Below are positions 19,220 through 28,809 of a stretch of DNA of 64,000 bases, piece by piece. This stretch comes from an uncultured Oscillospiraceae bacterium. Its GTDB lineage: Bacteria > Bacillota > Clostridia > Oscillospirales > Oscillospiraceae. The position numbers were made by a program, and so were the translations under genes. The notes below the pieces were generated by a model. The model did not search any database and was not told the DNA's origin. It worked only from the letters and a program-made list of their open reading frames with translations. The stretch covers positions 11,768 through 75,767 of the forward strand of contig CANQSU010000001.1 of assembly GCA_947626585.1 (NCBI GenBank), in the 5' to 3' direction. Every line of letters begins with the position of its first letter. Positions within the stretch are counted from its first letter, which is position 1.

Positions 19220-19724
19220 ATTCGAACACCTCCTTGCACAGGATCGGCGTGTCGTTCGGATACAGCGACGCGACCCTGTTGTTGATGCTGTCCACCATGC
19301 GCCGGATGATGGACGGCTTGAACTTGTTGCGGTCCGCCATCAGGACTTCGTCCAGCGTGATGAAGACGATGTAGTAGTCCATGGGGTCCATCGCCAGCGC
19401 CTTGAATACGGCTTCCCGGTTGTCCATGAGGAACATGGGGGCGCAGGGGACCTGCGTGTTGTCGGAACGGAGGCTTACGAAGTCGTTCTCCATGTTGCGG
19501 CGCAGGCGGTTCTTGCGCGTGTTCGCGATGGCGGACTTGATCAGTTCCGGATCTGCCTTCACTTCCTCCGGGGTGTACATCCCCCTCTCCTGGGAGAGTA
19601 TCCGGGGCGTGACGGGGACCAGATATAGAGCCCGGTCAGGATCCTTGAAATCCACCGGGGCCTTTTCGTGCCAGACGTCCGCATCGGGGAGCGCCGTGAC
19701 GGCAAGAAGGTACGGTTCATTCAT
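19188..19724 (-). CDS. hypothetical protein
   Basis: Track ORF with a TAGGAGA RBS. No family recognised. Confidence 0.52.
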   Translation of the reverse strand: MNEPYLLAVTALPDADVWHEKAPVDFKDPDRALYLVPVTPRILSQERGMYTPEEVKADPELIKSAIANTRKNRLRRNMENDFVSLRSDNTQVPCAPMFLMDNREAVFKALAMDPMDYYIVFITLDEVLMADRNKFKPSIIRRMVDSINNRVASLYPNDTPILCKEVFEYGPDGHYREV

Positions 19725-19745
19725 TTTGGCATTCTCTCCTATGGT

Positions 19746-21326
19746 TTATTTCCGGGTGATCCCTGCGTACGACGCGGCCAGGTCTTCCGGCCCGAGCGTG
19801 CAGCGTCTTTTCGGGTCCCTGCCGGTATAGGCCTTGGATTCCCACTTTTTCAGCTCGTACTGGATGATCAGCGGTTCCGGCTTGGACATCTTGGTGCCGA
19901 CGCGGTACTTCTTGTTGTTGTCGTCGGCGCATTCCCAGATCGTGGATTCCCGCTGGATGATCGTCTTGAGCGAGTTGATGAAGCTGAGCTTGGCCACCTG
20001 GCGGTCCTTCGGGAAGTTCTGCTCGTACCAGGACTTGTAAAGGTCGAACAGGAACGGGTACGGGACGAGGTCCCACGCGAATTCCGTCTCCATTTCGGAC
20101 CAGAACTGGCGGATCGGGTCGTTGATCTCCTTGTAGTCGTCCAGGGCGTGCACGCACGCGTCAGGTTCCGAGAGGTTGTAATAATCCATGTTCAGGACCT
20201 TGTGCATGACGTACTGCAGGACCCGCTTGTCGTGCAGGTATTCGTTCTTGATCGCCTTGTTCTCGCGTCCCGTGAAGGACTTGTTGAACGGCACGAAGAT
20301 CTGCCGGCGGTAGAACGAGTCGGACTTGTCGCGGACCTTGGGGTATTCGTTCAGGCACTGGATCATCATTCCGTGGAAACGGTAGTTTACAGGCTGTTCG
20401 AACTTCTTGTTGATGGTAATGACGTCGCCCGTGACAACGGCCTTCAGGTTGCCGACCTTGTCTATGTACGTCCCGACGTCGTTCTCGTCCGTGATGACGG
20501 CCTGCTTGCCGATCAGGGGGCTCAGCGCGAACTCCTTGGAGAAGTCGGACAGCGGGATGCTGGTATAGGACTTGTTCCCAAGCAGGTTGCGGAGCAGTTC
20601 GCAGTAGGTTCCCTTGCCGTTGTTCCCGATGGTCGAGAACAGCCATACGGTCTTGTTCCATTTGACATAGGGCCGCAGGACGGAGCCAGCCGTTTCCCAT
20701 AAGAGCTGGCATACCTGGTCGTCCACGGAGATGTCGCGCAGCCAGGCGTCCACGTCCCAGCCGTCAGGGAACGACGGTTTCACGGGGTTCTGGACGTAGT
20801 CCACGGCGGACTTGGACAGGAACACGTATTTCGGGTCAAAAGGCAGGATCTTTTTGGTCTGGTAGTTAAAAATGCCGTTGTTCACGGCGATCAGGTCGCG
20901 GTCGCTGTTGATGGGCACGTGTTCGCAGATCAGCATCAGGCGGCTCACCATCTCGTCCAGGTCCCGCTTGTTCAGCGTATTGTTCATCATGGTCGCGGCC
21001 TGGTAGAGCTCCTGGCGGTCTGTCTTGTAGATGCCTTCGGCTTCGTTGTAGACCCCGAGGATCGATGTGCCGCTGTCACCGTCCTCGATGACGCGGATGA
21101 TCATCGTCGCGTTCAGGATCTCCGCCACCTGTCCGAAATTCAGGTATTTCGGGCACTGGATCTTTGGGTCGCCGCGTGAGCTCGCGTTGTTTGCGTTGAT
21201 GACGCGGACCTTGATCCGCTTCATCAGGTCTTCTTCGATCGCCAGGTAATCTTTGCTGGGGTTTACCTTCAGATTGTTGACGACAGCGGTCGTCTCTTCC
21301 TGGGTGATCCTCTGGATCGTTTCCAA
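19746..21326 (-). CDS. D5 / P4-family primase-helicase (SF3 NTPase)
   Basis: Central Walker A STIGNNGKGT and Walker B AVITDEND, arranged as in phage/plasmid primase P4-family C-terminal domains and poxvirus D5 helicases. Confidence 0.78.
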   Translation of the reverse strand: METIQRITQEETTAVVNNLKVNPSKDYLAIEEDLMKRIKVRVINANNASSRGDPKIQCPKYLNFGQVAEILNATMIIRVIEDGDSGTSILGVYNEAEGIYKTDRQELYQAATMMNNTLNKRDLDEMVSRLMLICEHVPINSDRDLIAVNNGIFNYQTKKILPFDPKYVFLSKSAVDYVQNPVKPSFPDGWDVDAWLRDISVDDQVCQLLWETAGSVLRPYVKWNKTVWLFSTIGNNGKGTYCELLRNLLGNKSYTSIPLSDFSKEFALSPLIGKQAVITDENDVGTYIDKVGNLKAVVTGDVITINKKFEQPVNYRFHGMMIQCLNEYPKVRDKSDSFYRRQIFVPFNKSFTGRENKAIKNEYLHDKRVLQYVMHKVLNMDYYNLSEPDACVHALDDYKEINDPIRQFWSEMETEFAWDLVPYPFLFDLYKSWYEQNFPKDRQVAKLSFINSLKTIIQRESTIWECADDNNKKYRVGTKMSKPEPLIIQYELKKWESKAYTGRDPKRRCTLGPEDLAASYAGITRK

Positions 21327-21366
21327 CTCCCGAATCCCCTCCTTTCTTTCGGTATTTTCGGCATGG

Positions 21367-21744
21367 TCATGTCTGTGCCACCGGCTTTTCTAATTTGCGG
21401 CGGATGTTTTTCAGGTTCGAGCAGAGAAGGTTCCCGTTCAGCCCCAGGCACATCGCCTCCAGGCGGCCCGGCTCGGAAAGCAGCTCCTCTCGGGTCTGGT
21501 ACGGGTCGGAATCCAGCGCCGCGTCGACCAGCGTGACGACGTACTCCTCGGAGATCGTCTGCTTGAACATGATCTTCCTGTCGTGGCTGTGCGACTCGTT
21601 ATAAACGGTCACGCGGGTGCGGATCCTCTTCATGAGGCATTCCTCCACCCACAGCGGGTCGAAGCGGAGTTCGCCGCGGCGGATCATGTCCGCCACGGCG
21701 TCCGTCTCTTCCTTGGCTATGATGGCATAAGTCTCGGCCGGCAT
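21367..21744 (-). CDS. hypothetical protein, paralogous to the N-terminus of the D5-like helicase
   Basis: AKEETDAVADMI...EECLMKRIRTRVTV aligns by eye with TQEETTAVVNNL...EEDLMKRIKVRVIN of ORF 19746..21326. Confidence 0.55.
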   Translation of the reverse strand: MPAETYAIIAKEETDAVADMIRRGELRFDPLWVEECLMKRIRTRVTVYNESHSHDRKIMFKQTISEEYVVTLVDAALDSDPYQTREELLSEPGRLEAMCLGLNGNLLCSNLKNIRRKLEKPVAQT

Positions 21745-21785
21745 GTCCTCCAGCCTCCTTTCCGGCGGTATATCCGCGCCCTACC

Positions 21786-21814
21786 ATCGTAGCACATCTA
21801 TTGCATTTTTTCAA
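21786..21814 (-). promoter_or_regulatory. sigma-70/A-type promoter candidate for 21367..21744
   Basis: Minus strand reads TTGAAA, a 17-nt spacer, then TACGAT, within an AT-rich intergenic gap. Confidence 0.45.
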
Positions 21815-21896
21815 GGGGTATTTCAAAAATAATCCCTGTTGGACGGTGATTATTTCCAGGACATGCGATTTTTCTGTAAGAACATAAGTTCGTGTG

Positions 21897-22730
21897 TCAG
21901 GTCCTCGCGCGGGCCTCGAACTCCTCGTAGGTGTACGGTCCCTTGAGGACCTGCTGGTCGCGGCAGAATTTGCAGGAGCGCCTGCCGCAGCGGTGCGGGG
22001 CCTGGCGCACCTGGGCCATGGGCCGGGCGGTGAGGGACAGCTCGACGAACTCCAGGGCCTCGTTCAGCATCTCATCGGGGATCGTGACGACGCCGAAGTC
22101 GACGGGGTCCTCCTTGGTGATGTAGGCGATGTTGAACGGCAGGACGAGGCCGGTGTTCTGGCGGACGATCTCCCGGTAGATGGCGCCCTGGATGTCGTAG
22201 CCGTAGTTTTCGACAAACGTGACGCGTCGCTTCAGGAACTCGTTGAACTCCTCCTGGGCGGATTTTACGTACTTGAGGTCCGTGATCTGCACGCCGGGCT
22301 GGTAGTCGTCCATCTTGATCTTGAACGGGTGGCCGGCGATCTCGCCGGTCATGACGGCCTGGTGCTGCCCGGAGAGATAGGACATGAACACCGGGTCGCG
22401 CTTGGCGCGGGCGATGGCCTTGTCCGCGTCCTTGACGAACTGGTAGAAGCCCTTGCCGGATTTGAGCTTCAGGTCGGACTCGTTCTCCTCGACGAACTTC
22501 TTGAACGCGTCGTCGCTTTCGAACGCGGCGTCGACGTAGCCGCCGATGAGCAGGGCCTCGGTGCGCTCCTTCTCGCCGAGCAGGGCGGCCGCCTCGCAGG
22601 GATACGGCGCCGCCGGCATCCCGTAGACGGACTTGAACAGGGAATTGGACAGGTAGAGGACGTTTGCCTTTTCGGAGTAATAGTTCTCCGGCGTGAGCAC
22701 GAACGCCTCCTGGGCCTGTGTTTCGGGCAT
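21897..22730 (-). CDS. PD-(D/E)xK exonuclease (RecE/DUF3799-like)
   Basis: Track ORF 21897..22883 trimmed to MPETQ behind AAGGAGG. ITDLKYVKS and YDIQGAIYREI give the D..(D/E)xK ... QxxxY core. C-terminal Cys cluster HRCGRRSCKFC. Confidence 0.68.
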   Translation of the reverse strand: MPETQAQEAFVLTPENYYSEKANVLYLSNSLFKSVYGMPAAPYPCEAAALLGEKERTEALLIGGYVDAAFESDDAFKKFVEENESDLKLKSGKGFYQFVKDADKAIARAKRDPVFMSYLSGQHQAVMTGEIAGHPFKIKMDDYQPGVQITDLKYVKSAQEEFNEFLKRRVTFVENYGYDIQGAIYREIVRQNTGLVLPFNIAYITKEDPVDFGVVTIPDEMLNEALEFVELSLTARPMAQVRQAPHRCGRRSCKFCRDQQVLKGPYTYEEFEARART

Positions 22731-22746
22731 GGTGCTGCCTCCTTTC

Positions 22747-23430
22747 TCAGTCGTGGCTGCGCGGGACGCAGTCACGCGTTTCATAGTCGTAATGGTAATC
22801 GCCGGAATACGCGCATCCGTCGCAGTCGTTTGAAATGTCGCCGCCGAGCGGGCAGTCGTGGCCGTCGGTACCGTTGTACACATTCATGCCGACGATGGCG
22901 TCCGGGTACATGGTCTGGTCCTCCTTGGGAGGCTCGGGTTCCCGGTGGCCGCGCTTGTTGTCCATGACATAGTAGGCGTCGAGCCAGTTTTGGATATCAT
23001 AGTGCCCGTGGCAGAGCCCGCCCGTCGACAGGTTCATGGTCCACACGGTGTAGGTGCCGTCGTTTTTTACGGCAAGGACGGTCCAGAGGTACCAGTCGTC
23101 AGGGTGCTCGGACTGTTTCTCCACGCGGATGAGCGCGGGGCTGTACGCGGGGCTGACGGCGGCGGCCAGCTTCCTGGCCATGGACAGGGCGGACATCACC
23201 TGGGCCTCCCAGGGGAGCGCCGTAAAGGGTCCTTTTTCAAATCTTTCGGGTACGGGGCCGGGCAGGAGCTTCTGCAGGTCGTCCGGGTCAAGCCCGAGGG
23301 CTTCGAAGCGTTCCAGGCGCTTCAGGTACGTGACGAGCTCGCCCTCGGTGGTGCAGAAGTTGCCGTATCGGGACATGAGCTCGACATGGCCCGCGTTCAG
23401 CTCCCGGATCGCGGTCTTGAGAGGTACCAT
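22747..23430 (-). CDS. hypothetical protein with Cys/His-rich C-terminus
   Basis: Track ORF with a TAGGAGG RBS. No family recognised. Confidence 0.55.
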   Translation of the reverse strand: MVPLKTAIRELNAGHVELMSRYGNFCTTEGELVTYLKRLERFEALGLDPDDLQKLLPGPVPERFEKGPFTALPWEAQVMSALSMARKLAAAVSPAYSPALIRVEKQSEHPDDWYLWTVLAVKNDGTYTVWTMNLSTGGLCHGHYDIQNWLDAYYVMDNKRGHREPEPPKEDQTMYPDAIVGMNVYNGTDGHDCPLGGDISNDCDGCAYSGDYHYDYETRDCVPRSHD

Positions 23431-23498
23431 ATCTTCTTTTCCTCCTAAAATGTGGCCGGGGCACCCGGTCTTATATCACCAGGCGCCCCGGGCGTTGG

Positions 23499-24503
23499 TC
23501 AGGGCTGGGACGCGCGGTAGGCCTCGAAGTCCTTGAGCAGCTTCTCGCGGGTGCAGAACACGCACTCGGTGAACCGGGCACGGGTCAGCGCCACATAGGC
23601 GATCCGCTTGTTCTCATCGGACGAGGAGTAGGTGTTGCGTCCCGCCTCGGTGTTGATGAAGCAGGCGACATGGTCGTACTCCAGGCCCTTGACGCCGTGC
23701 ACGGTGCAGACCACGATGTCTGCGGACTGCTCCTTGAGCTTGGCGTTCTTGGCGTCCATGACCCGCTGGAGCAGGGTGTTCTTCTCGGTCTGCATGTCCA
23801 GCAGGGACAGCTGGAGCCGGCGGATTTCCTGGTCGCGCTTGTTGGGGTCGTTGAGGGCCGCCACGATCTTCGGGCCGTCGGCCATCTGCTCGGCCAGCCA
23901 GTCCAGGGTGATCTTGTTCACCGTCGGGCCGTTCTGGTTGTACCGGTTGCCGCCGCGGGCCGCAGCATTGATGCGGATGTTCTCGTCATGGACGGCGCGC
24001 TCGAACTCGCCCCAGTCCTTCACGGGGTTCGGGAGGAACTTGGGCAGGTTCTGGCCGATGGCAGACAGGATCACGATGTCGTTCCGGCGCTGGGACGTGA
24101 TGTTCTGGACGTTGTACTGGGACCCGTAGCGGGTGTGCAGGTAGTCGTAGAGCTTCAGGACGTCCTGCCCGGAGCGGGCGATGACGGCGATGCTCTGGCC
24201 GTGGCCGAGGCGGAGCTCCAGCCAGTCATCCAGGATCTTCATCGTGTCGGGATCCGTGACTTTGTCGTAGGTGTTCATGGTCACGGTGGCGTCCACCGCC
24301 TGCTTGGTGATCTGCATGACCTGGTTGGCCCGCAGGGTGGTCTTATGGGTGGACATGGTGCTGGACATCAGGTTCGCCACGTCCAGGATGATCTGGGTGG
24401 AACGGTGGTTGATGCTGAGGTCGAAGGTGTTGAACAGCTTGGTCAGGTTATTCAGGATGCGGGGGTCCGCGTCCCGGAATTCATACAACGTCTGGGCACA
24501 ATC
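23499..24503 (-). CDS. UvrD/PcrA-like SF1 helicase, exon 2
   Basis: In-frame extension of track ORF 23499..24488 to the predicted 3' splice site. Remainder of motif III DCAQTLYEFRDADP, motif IV INHRST, VCTVHGVKGLEYDHV, AYVALTRAR. Confidence 0.8.
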   Translation of the reverse strand, partial: DCAQTLYEFRDADPRILNNLTKLFNTFDLSINHRSTQIILDVANLMSSTMSTHKTTLRANQVMQITKQAVDATVTMNTYDKVTDPDTMKILDDWLELRLGHGQSIAVIARSGQDVLKLYDYLHTRYGSQYNVQNITSQRRNDIVILSAIGQNLPKFLPNPVKDWGEFERAVHDENIRINAAARGGNRYNQNGPTVNKITLDWLAEQMADGPKIVAALNDPNKRDQEIRRLQLSLLDMQTEKNTLLQRVMDAKNAKLKEQSADIVVCTVHGVKGLEYDHVACFINTEAGRNTYSSSDENKRIAYVALTRARFTECVFCTREKLLKDFEAYRASQP

Positions 24504-25210
24504 CGTTTTGACGCTTGTCTGGAGAAGAACTGTATGAATTTCTCATGTTTTGTATCGAGATAAACAGAAGCGTTTTTGTACAGGTAATCGTACAGGAGTT
24601 TGATGTCAGCTTTTTTACCGTACCGGAGAGATGACGTTTTGGGCGACTTTTTGTACCCTTTCATCGCCACGGTTGGCGTCGTTCCAGCTTCATGTGACAA
24701 CAGGTCTTTGAATTCCCGCATGAGTTTTTTGTCGCCAGTGAGCGACCATTCCTGACGCTGGATGTCGGATCTGGCTGTTTTCTGGACATATACGGACAGG
24801 CACCCGTCTCCGTCAAAATACCCTCTCACAAAGTGGTTCATCAGGTTTTTTCGGATTTTCGGAATGTGTGTTCGTATGCTTTTTGGCCCATATCCGAGTT
24901 TTTGCAGCGCTTCGCATAATGGACGGCAGTTGATGTCCAACTGGGCGACCGTGTGCCCGCTTTCATGGTACACTGGAACGATTTCATTGTCGGCAGATAT
25001 GGCTTCGCGAAACCGTTCGAGATGTTCGCGCTCATCCCATTTTTGGGTGACGCGAATGCGGTTCGGTCCGCTGGCACGTTTTGCCGTTTTGCTGATACTG
25101 CCGTCGGCCCAGAGGAACCCAAGCCAATAGGCTTTTTCCTGTGTGTCGATCTTGTCAAAGTAGTGCTCGTTGATGCTGTGTGTTCTGTTTATCTGCGTTG
25201 AGGTTTGCAT
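24452..25210 (-). CDS. LAGLIDADG homing endonuclease (intron-encoded)
   Basis: Track ORF 24452..25288 trimmed to MQTSTQ behind GGAGGAAAG. Two LAGLIDADG motifs, YWLGFLWADGSI and FVRGYFDGDGCL. The last ~17 codons overrun the predicted 3' splice site in another frame. Confidence 0.88.
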   Translation of the reverse strand: MQTSTQINRTHSINEHYFDKIDTQEKAYWLGFLWADGSISKTAKRASGPNRIRVTQKWDEREHLERFREAISADNEIVPVYHESGHTVAQLDINCRPLCEALQKLGYGPKSIRTHIPKIRKNLMNHFVRGYFDGDGCLSVYVQKTARSDIQRQEWSLTGDKKLMREFKDLLSHEAGTTPTVAMKGYKKSPKTSSLRYGKKADIKLLYDYLYKNASVYLDTKHEKFIQFFSRQASKRIVPRRCMNSGTRTPAS

Positions 25211-25676
25211 GACTTTCCTCCGTTCTCCATGTTGCTGACTATACCATCTTGTATGTCTTATTTTACCGAAAAATATCGGTTTTGTCAAGACCTACAAGCC
25301 CTTCGTTTTGCTTTGACAGGCTGACCCAGGCCTAATCTCAGCCTGGTGCTGACCCGATCATGCTTTCGGGCGCTACTCTACTTGCTTCGCGGCGGATTTT
25401 CATCCGTCCTTATTTTCAATCCTGCCGGGTTTCCGGCTCTTATGGATTTATAGCTTTCGACAGTCGATGAACCTTGTTCCGTCGTCTTTACGTTACGGCA
25501 CCTGGCTGCGTTTTCGTGATTGCCGCCGCTTTTTCCGGGCTTTTACCGTCCCCATGGCGTTATCCATGGTGCTGCCTGTTCTGTTTCCAGAACAGCGCGG
25601 TGCCGGGTGCGTTTTACATGCTCTCACATGTCGGTTTCCCGCAGTTAGTAGGGTTTAAGGTGGGCAATTATGCCTT
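24504..25676 (-). mobile_element. group I intron interrupting the UvrD-like helicase gene
   Basis: Helicase motif III is split between the two ORFs. The 5' exon end GUGGGU can pair with intron GCCCAC (25660-25665), giving a U-G pair at the splice site. The intron ends in G. About 400 nt of ORF-free sequence is rich in GAAA-capped hairpins. A homing endonuclease gene lies inside. Confidence 0.72.
25260..25288 (-). promoter_or_regulatory. promoter candidate inside the intron, upstream of the homing endonuclease ORF
   Basis: Minus strand reads TTGACA, a 17-nt spacer, then TAAAAT. Confidence 0.5.
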
Positions 25677-27320
25677 ACCCACGCAATAGATACTGATGTC
25701 GTTCAACATTGCCATTTTTAACATCGTCAGAAACTCCAAGCGGTTGGAGTCCTGGCTCTCGTCAATGACGATGTGCTCGATGTTGGGCTTCAGGACGGAC
25801 AGCTGGGTGTGGAACACGATGGGGTCCAGTTCCAGCGACGTGCAGTGCAGCATCTTCAGGATGCTCAGCAGGTTTGCCGCCTCAGGGTTGAGGCCGGTGT
25901 CCAGCATGTTGAGCAGCTGGGGCTGGCACGTATCGATGTTGTCGCAGTAGTTGACGAACTGCTGCAGGGCCTTGACGGTGCTGGTTTGCAGGATGTTCGC
26001 GTTCACCAGGTCGTCCATGCGGATCTTGAGCTTCTGCACAAAATCCGAATGGGCCACGATGTCCACGCGGGTGCCGCTGCCGTCGTCCAGGATCACATTG
26101 ACAAACGAATGGGTGAACTCGGCGATGGTGCTGGACTTGCAGTCCCGGAAGTTCTTTTTGATGTGCCCCGCCGCGGCCTTGGTGAAGCTCAGCACGAAGG
26201 TCTGCTTCATGTCGCAGCCGTTCTCCTCCATGAAGGCCAGACGGTGCATGATACAGGAGGACTTCCCGGTGCCGGCGCCGGCCGCCACGATGGTGATGCG
26301 GGAGGGCGATTCGATGGCCGCGATCTGCTCGGTGGTCAGGGTGATGGCCTTGGTGGTGTACTTTTTGCCCACGAGCTCCGGGATCTGGGCCGTCATGGCG
26401 CCCTGCATGTTGCTCAGGGTGTCGGCCAGGGACAGGGACATATTGGCATTCTTGAGCTGGGTGGCCTCGTCGCGGGTCCGGGCGTTGATGACGTCGATGA
26501 CGTCCGTCTGGTACAGGGCGAAGGGCAGGTTGACCAGGTTCAGGATCCGGTTGGCGTAGGCCAGCACCGGATAGCCGGCCGCGGACGCGGCCTGCAGGGC
26601 CTTCTTCAGGTCGCCCTGGGTCTTGATCAGCGCCAGTTCGGACATGATCAGGTCGTACATGCTGCGGGCGTTGTCCGCCGCCGCCAGGTTGGCGGAGTCG
26701 TCGGTCTTCACCGAGTAGCCGTTTTTGACCATGAAGGCGTTGATCTTGTTAAACGCGTTCGTGTACATGTCCAGGATCGGGTCCTTGGGACGCGGGCCGT
26801 TCACGTACAGGCCGTCGAACTTCTCGATCCAGCTGTTGGTGGGCATGCCCTCCTCGGCGACGATCAGGGTGTAATAGCCAAGGACGTAGTTGGTTGCGGC
26901 CTTGTAGACGTAGATCCTGTTCAGGAACAGGCGGGACCGGTAGGTCACGACCTGGCCGTCGGACGGGCGCTCGAACGTGGCAAAATGGTCCGTCATGGCG
27001 CAGAGCGGGGCAGGGACGCCGTTCTGGGCCGTCGCGTAGCCGGAGCAGAGCGAGATGTCCTGCCAGAGGGTGGTGTAGTTCCTGAGGTCGTCATGGACGT
27101 GGTGGGCGCGGTTCTCGCACTCGTACCGGTCGGCCATCAGGATGGAAACGGCGTTCTGGGACACGACGTCGCTGCCCCCGGCGAGGAGCGTCGAGCGCAA
27201 CAGCCCCTGGTTCACGCCGTTCCCGGTCAAAACAGAGTTATAGTCCTTGGGGCTGTACTGGGGCCCCGCGGCGGCCTGCCTGGCAACGGCAGTACCGGCA
27301 TCTTCCAAGATGATCGGCAT
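25677..27320 (-). CDS. UvrD/PcrA-like SF1 helicase, exon 1 (with a long N-terminal extension)
   Basis: Walker A AAGAGTGKSS and motif II VIDESQD. The track ORF 25668..27320 ends ...ISIYCVGKA*, reading 2 codons plus the stop into the intron. Confidence 0.8.
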
Positions 27321-27333
27321 ATATTCATTCCTC

Positions 27334-27636
27334 CTATAATTTTCTCGCGATTCGGTCGATTGCCGCCTGGAACGGCGTAAAGTCGGTCAGCGCCTCGTCG
27401 GCGTCCTGAAATTCTTCGAAACAGGGCCAGATCTCGCTGCCGAATCCGGATTCAAGTTCCCATTCGCGGAACAGGTCTTTCGGGTCGGCCTGGCCATCGG
27501 CTTCCTCGCGGTATTCCAGGACCGCGGTAACCAGGTCTTCCAGAGTATAGCCATGGGACATGAGCCAAAGCATGCGGAAGATCTCATACTTCGCATGCTC
27601 GTATCTGGCCCGTCCCGGCTTTTTGCTATCAGGCAT
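27334..27636 (-). CDS. hypothetical acidic protein
   Basis: Track ORF 27334..27651 trimmed to MPDSK behind GGAGG. Its ATG shares one nucleotide with the UDG stop (TGATG). Confidence 0.5.
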   Translation of the reverse strand: MPDSKKPGRARYEHAKYEIFRMLWLMSHGYTLEDLVTAVLEYREEADGQADPKDLFREWELESGFGSEIWPCFEEFQDADEALTDFTPFQAAIDRIARKL

Positions 27637-28316
27637 CAGGGGAGCCTCCAATCAACGGGCGACACGCCCATCATGGCCAGCATCCGGTTGGCCTTGGAAA
27701 AGGGCTTCGAGCCGAAGAAACCCTTGTCGGCGGAGAACGGCGACGGATGCGGTGACGTGATCAGGATCTTGTTCCGCTTCGGGTCCTGGACCGGCAGGCC
27801 GGCCAGTGCGTCGCGGGCGCTGCGGCCCCAGGCGATGAACACCACGGGCTTTTCCAGGCTTGCCGCGACCTTGAAGATCTGGTGGGTGAACCTGTCCCAG
27901 CCCCAGTTTGCGTGCGAGTTGCTCTGCCCGCGCTCGACCGTGAGGGTCGTGTTCAGGAGCAGCACGCCCTGGCGCGCCCAGGGGAGTAGGGATGTGGTCG
28001 TGGGGTACGGGCAGCCGGTGTCGGAGACCAGCTCCTTGAAGATATTCTGGAGGCTGGGCGGGGCCGGCGTCCCGTTTGTGACCGAGAAGCAGAGGCCCTC
28101 GGCCTGCCCCGGGTTGATGTACGGGTCCTGGCCGACTAGGACGACTTTTAACTTTTTCACGGGCGTCTCGTCAAGGGCCCGGAAGATCTTGTCCTGGGGC
28201 GGGTAGATCGTGTGCCCCTGGTGGCGGAGCGATTCCGCCTTGCCTGTGAGGGCGATGGCCAGTTCCAGGGTATCCTTGTCGAGATACTCGAACCAGTTTT
28301 TCGGCATTGTTCTCAT
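27636..28316 (-). CDS. ung: uracil-DNA glycosylase, family 1
   Basis: VLVGQDPYINPGQAEGLCFS (GQDPYH-type motif), LLLNTTLTV and SPHPSPFSA (HPSPLS motif). Confidence 0.9.
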   Translation of the reverse strand: MRTMPKNWFEYLDKDTLELAIALTGKAESLRHQGHTIYPPQDKIFRALDETPVKKLKVVLVGQDPYINPGQAEGLCFSVTNGTPAPPSLQNIFKELVSDTGCPYPTTTSLLPWARQGVLLLNTTLTVERGQSNSHANWGWDRFTHQIFKVAASLEKPVVFIAWGRSARDALAGLPVQDPKRNKILITSPHPSPFSADKGFFGSKPFSKANRMLAMMGVSPVDWRLP

Positions 28317-28591
28317 CTCTTTTCTGTGTTTGTGATCGTTGTTTTGTTCCAGCGTTCGATGGCCTGCCTGTCGGCTTTTGAAACGGCGCTTTCCGGGTCC
28401 GTGCGGTCCAGGTCCGGGTAGCCGGGTTCAACCGTGACCGTAAAATTTACCTTTGGGCCGCGTGCGCAGCAGGAGCGGCAGCGGACTTGGGAAATGTAGT
28501 TCTGCTCTGTGCCACGCAGCCTGGTAGCGTGAGAGTCGACATATGTCTTGTCAGAGCCACAGAACCAGCATTCATGGATGCCGTTTTTCAC
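28313..28591 (-). CDS. Lar-family restriction-alleviation-like zinc-ribbon protein
   Basis: CWFCG ... CRSCCARGP ... QAIERWNK reproduces the Lar-family pattern (CxxC ... CxxC ... AIxxWN). Confidence 0.58.
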   Translation of the reverse strand: MKNGIHECWFCGSDKTYVDSHATRLRGTEQNYISQVRCRSCCARGPKVNFTVTVEPGYPDLDRTDPESAVSKADRQAIERWNKTTITNTEKR

Positions 28592-28594
28592 ATC

Positions 28595-28792
28595 TCAGCC
28601 CTCCCACGGCCCGTCGAAGCTGTCGTCGATCGGGTACTGCCGGCCGCAGTTCTCGCATAACAGATGTGACACGGCTCTGCGGTGGCGACCTGTCTTATAT
28701 CGTATGCCCATGCTGGTCTGGGCGTACTCGAATTCCGTGAAGAAAATCGGAACGAGCGGGGTGCCGCATTTACATTCGCCGTATTTGTTCAT
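28595..28792 (-). CDS. small zinc-ribbon protein
   Basis: Track ORF 28595..29032 trimmed to MNKYGECKCG. Cys pairs CKC and CENC. The upstream part of the track ORF is Arg-rich shadow sequence. Confidence 0.42.
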   Translation of the reverse strand: MNKYGECKCGTPLVPIFFTEFEYAQTSMGIRYKTGRHRRAVSHLLCENCGRQYPIDDSFDGPWEG

Positions 28793-28809
28793 GTTGGCTG
28801 TCCTTTCCG

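Noticed and set aside
24504-25676. Intein instead of intron in the helicase
   Set aside because: The insert has stop codons in the helicase frame directly after the junction, about 400 nt of ORF-free structured sequence, and an endonuclease ORF with its own RBS and promoter in a different frame.
25773-27380. 535-aa plus-strand ORF
   Set aside because: It lies antisense to helicase exon 1 (Walker A and motif II are on the minus frame) and has shadow composition.
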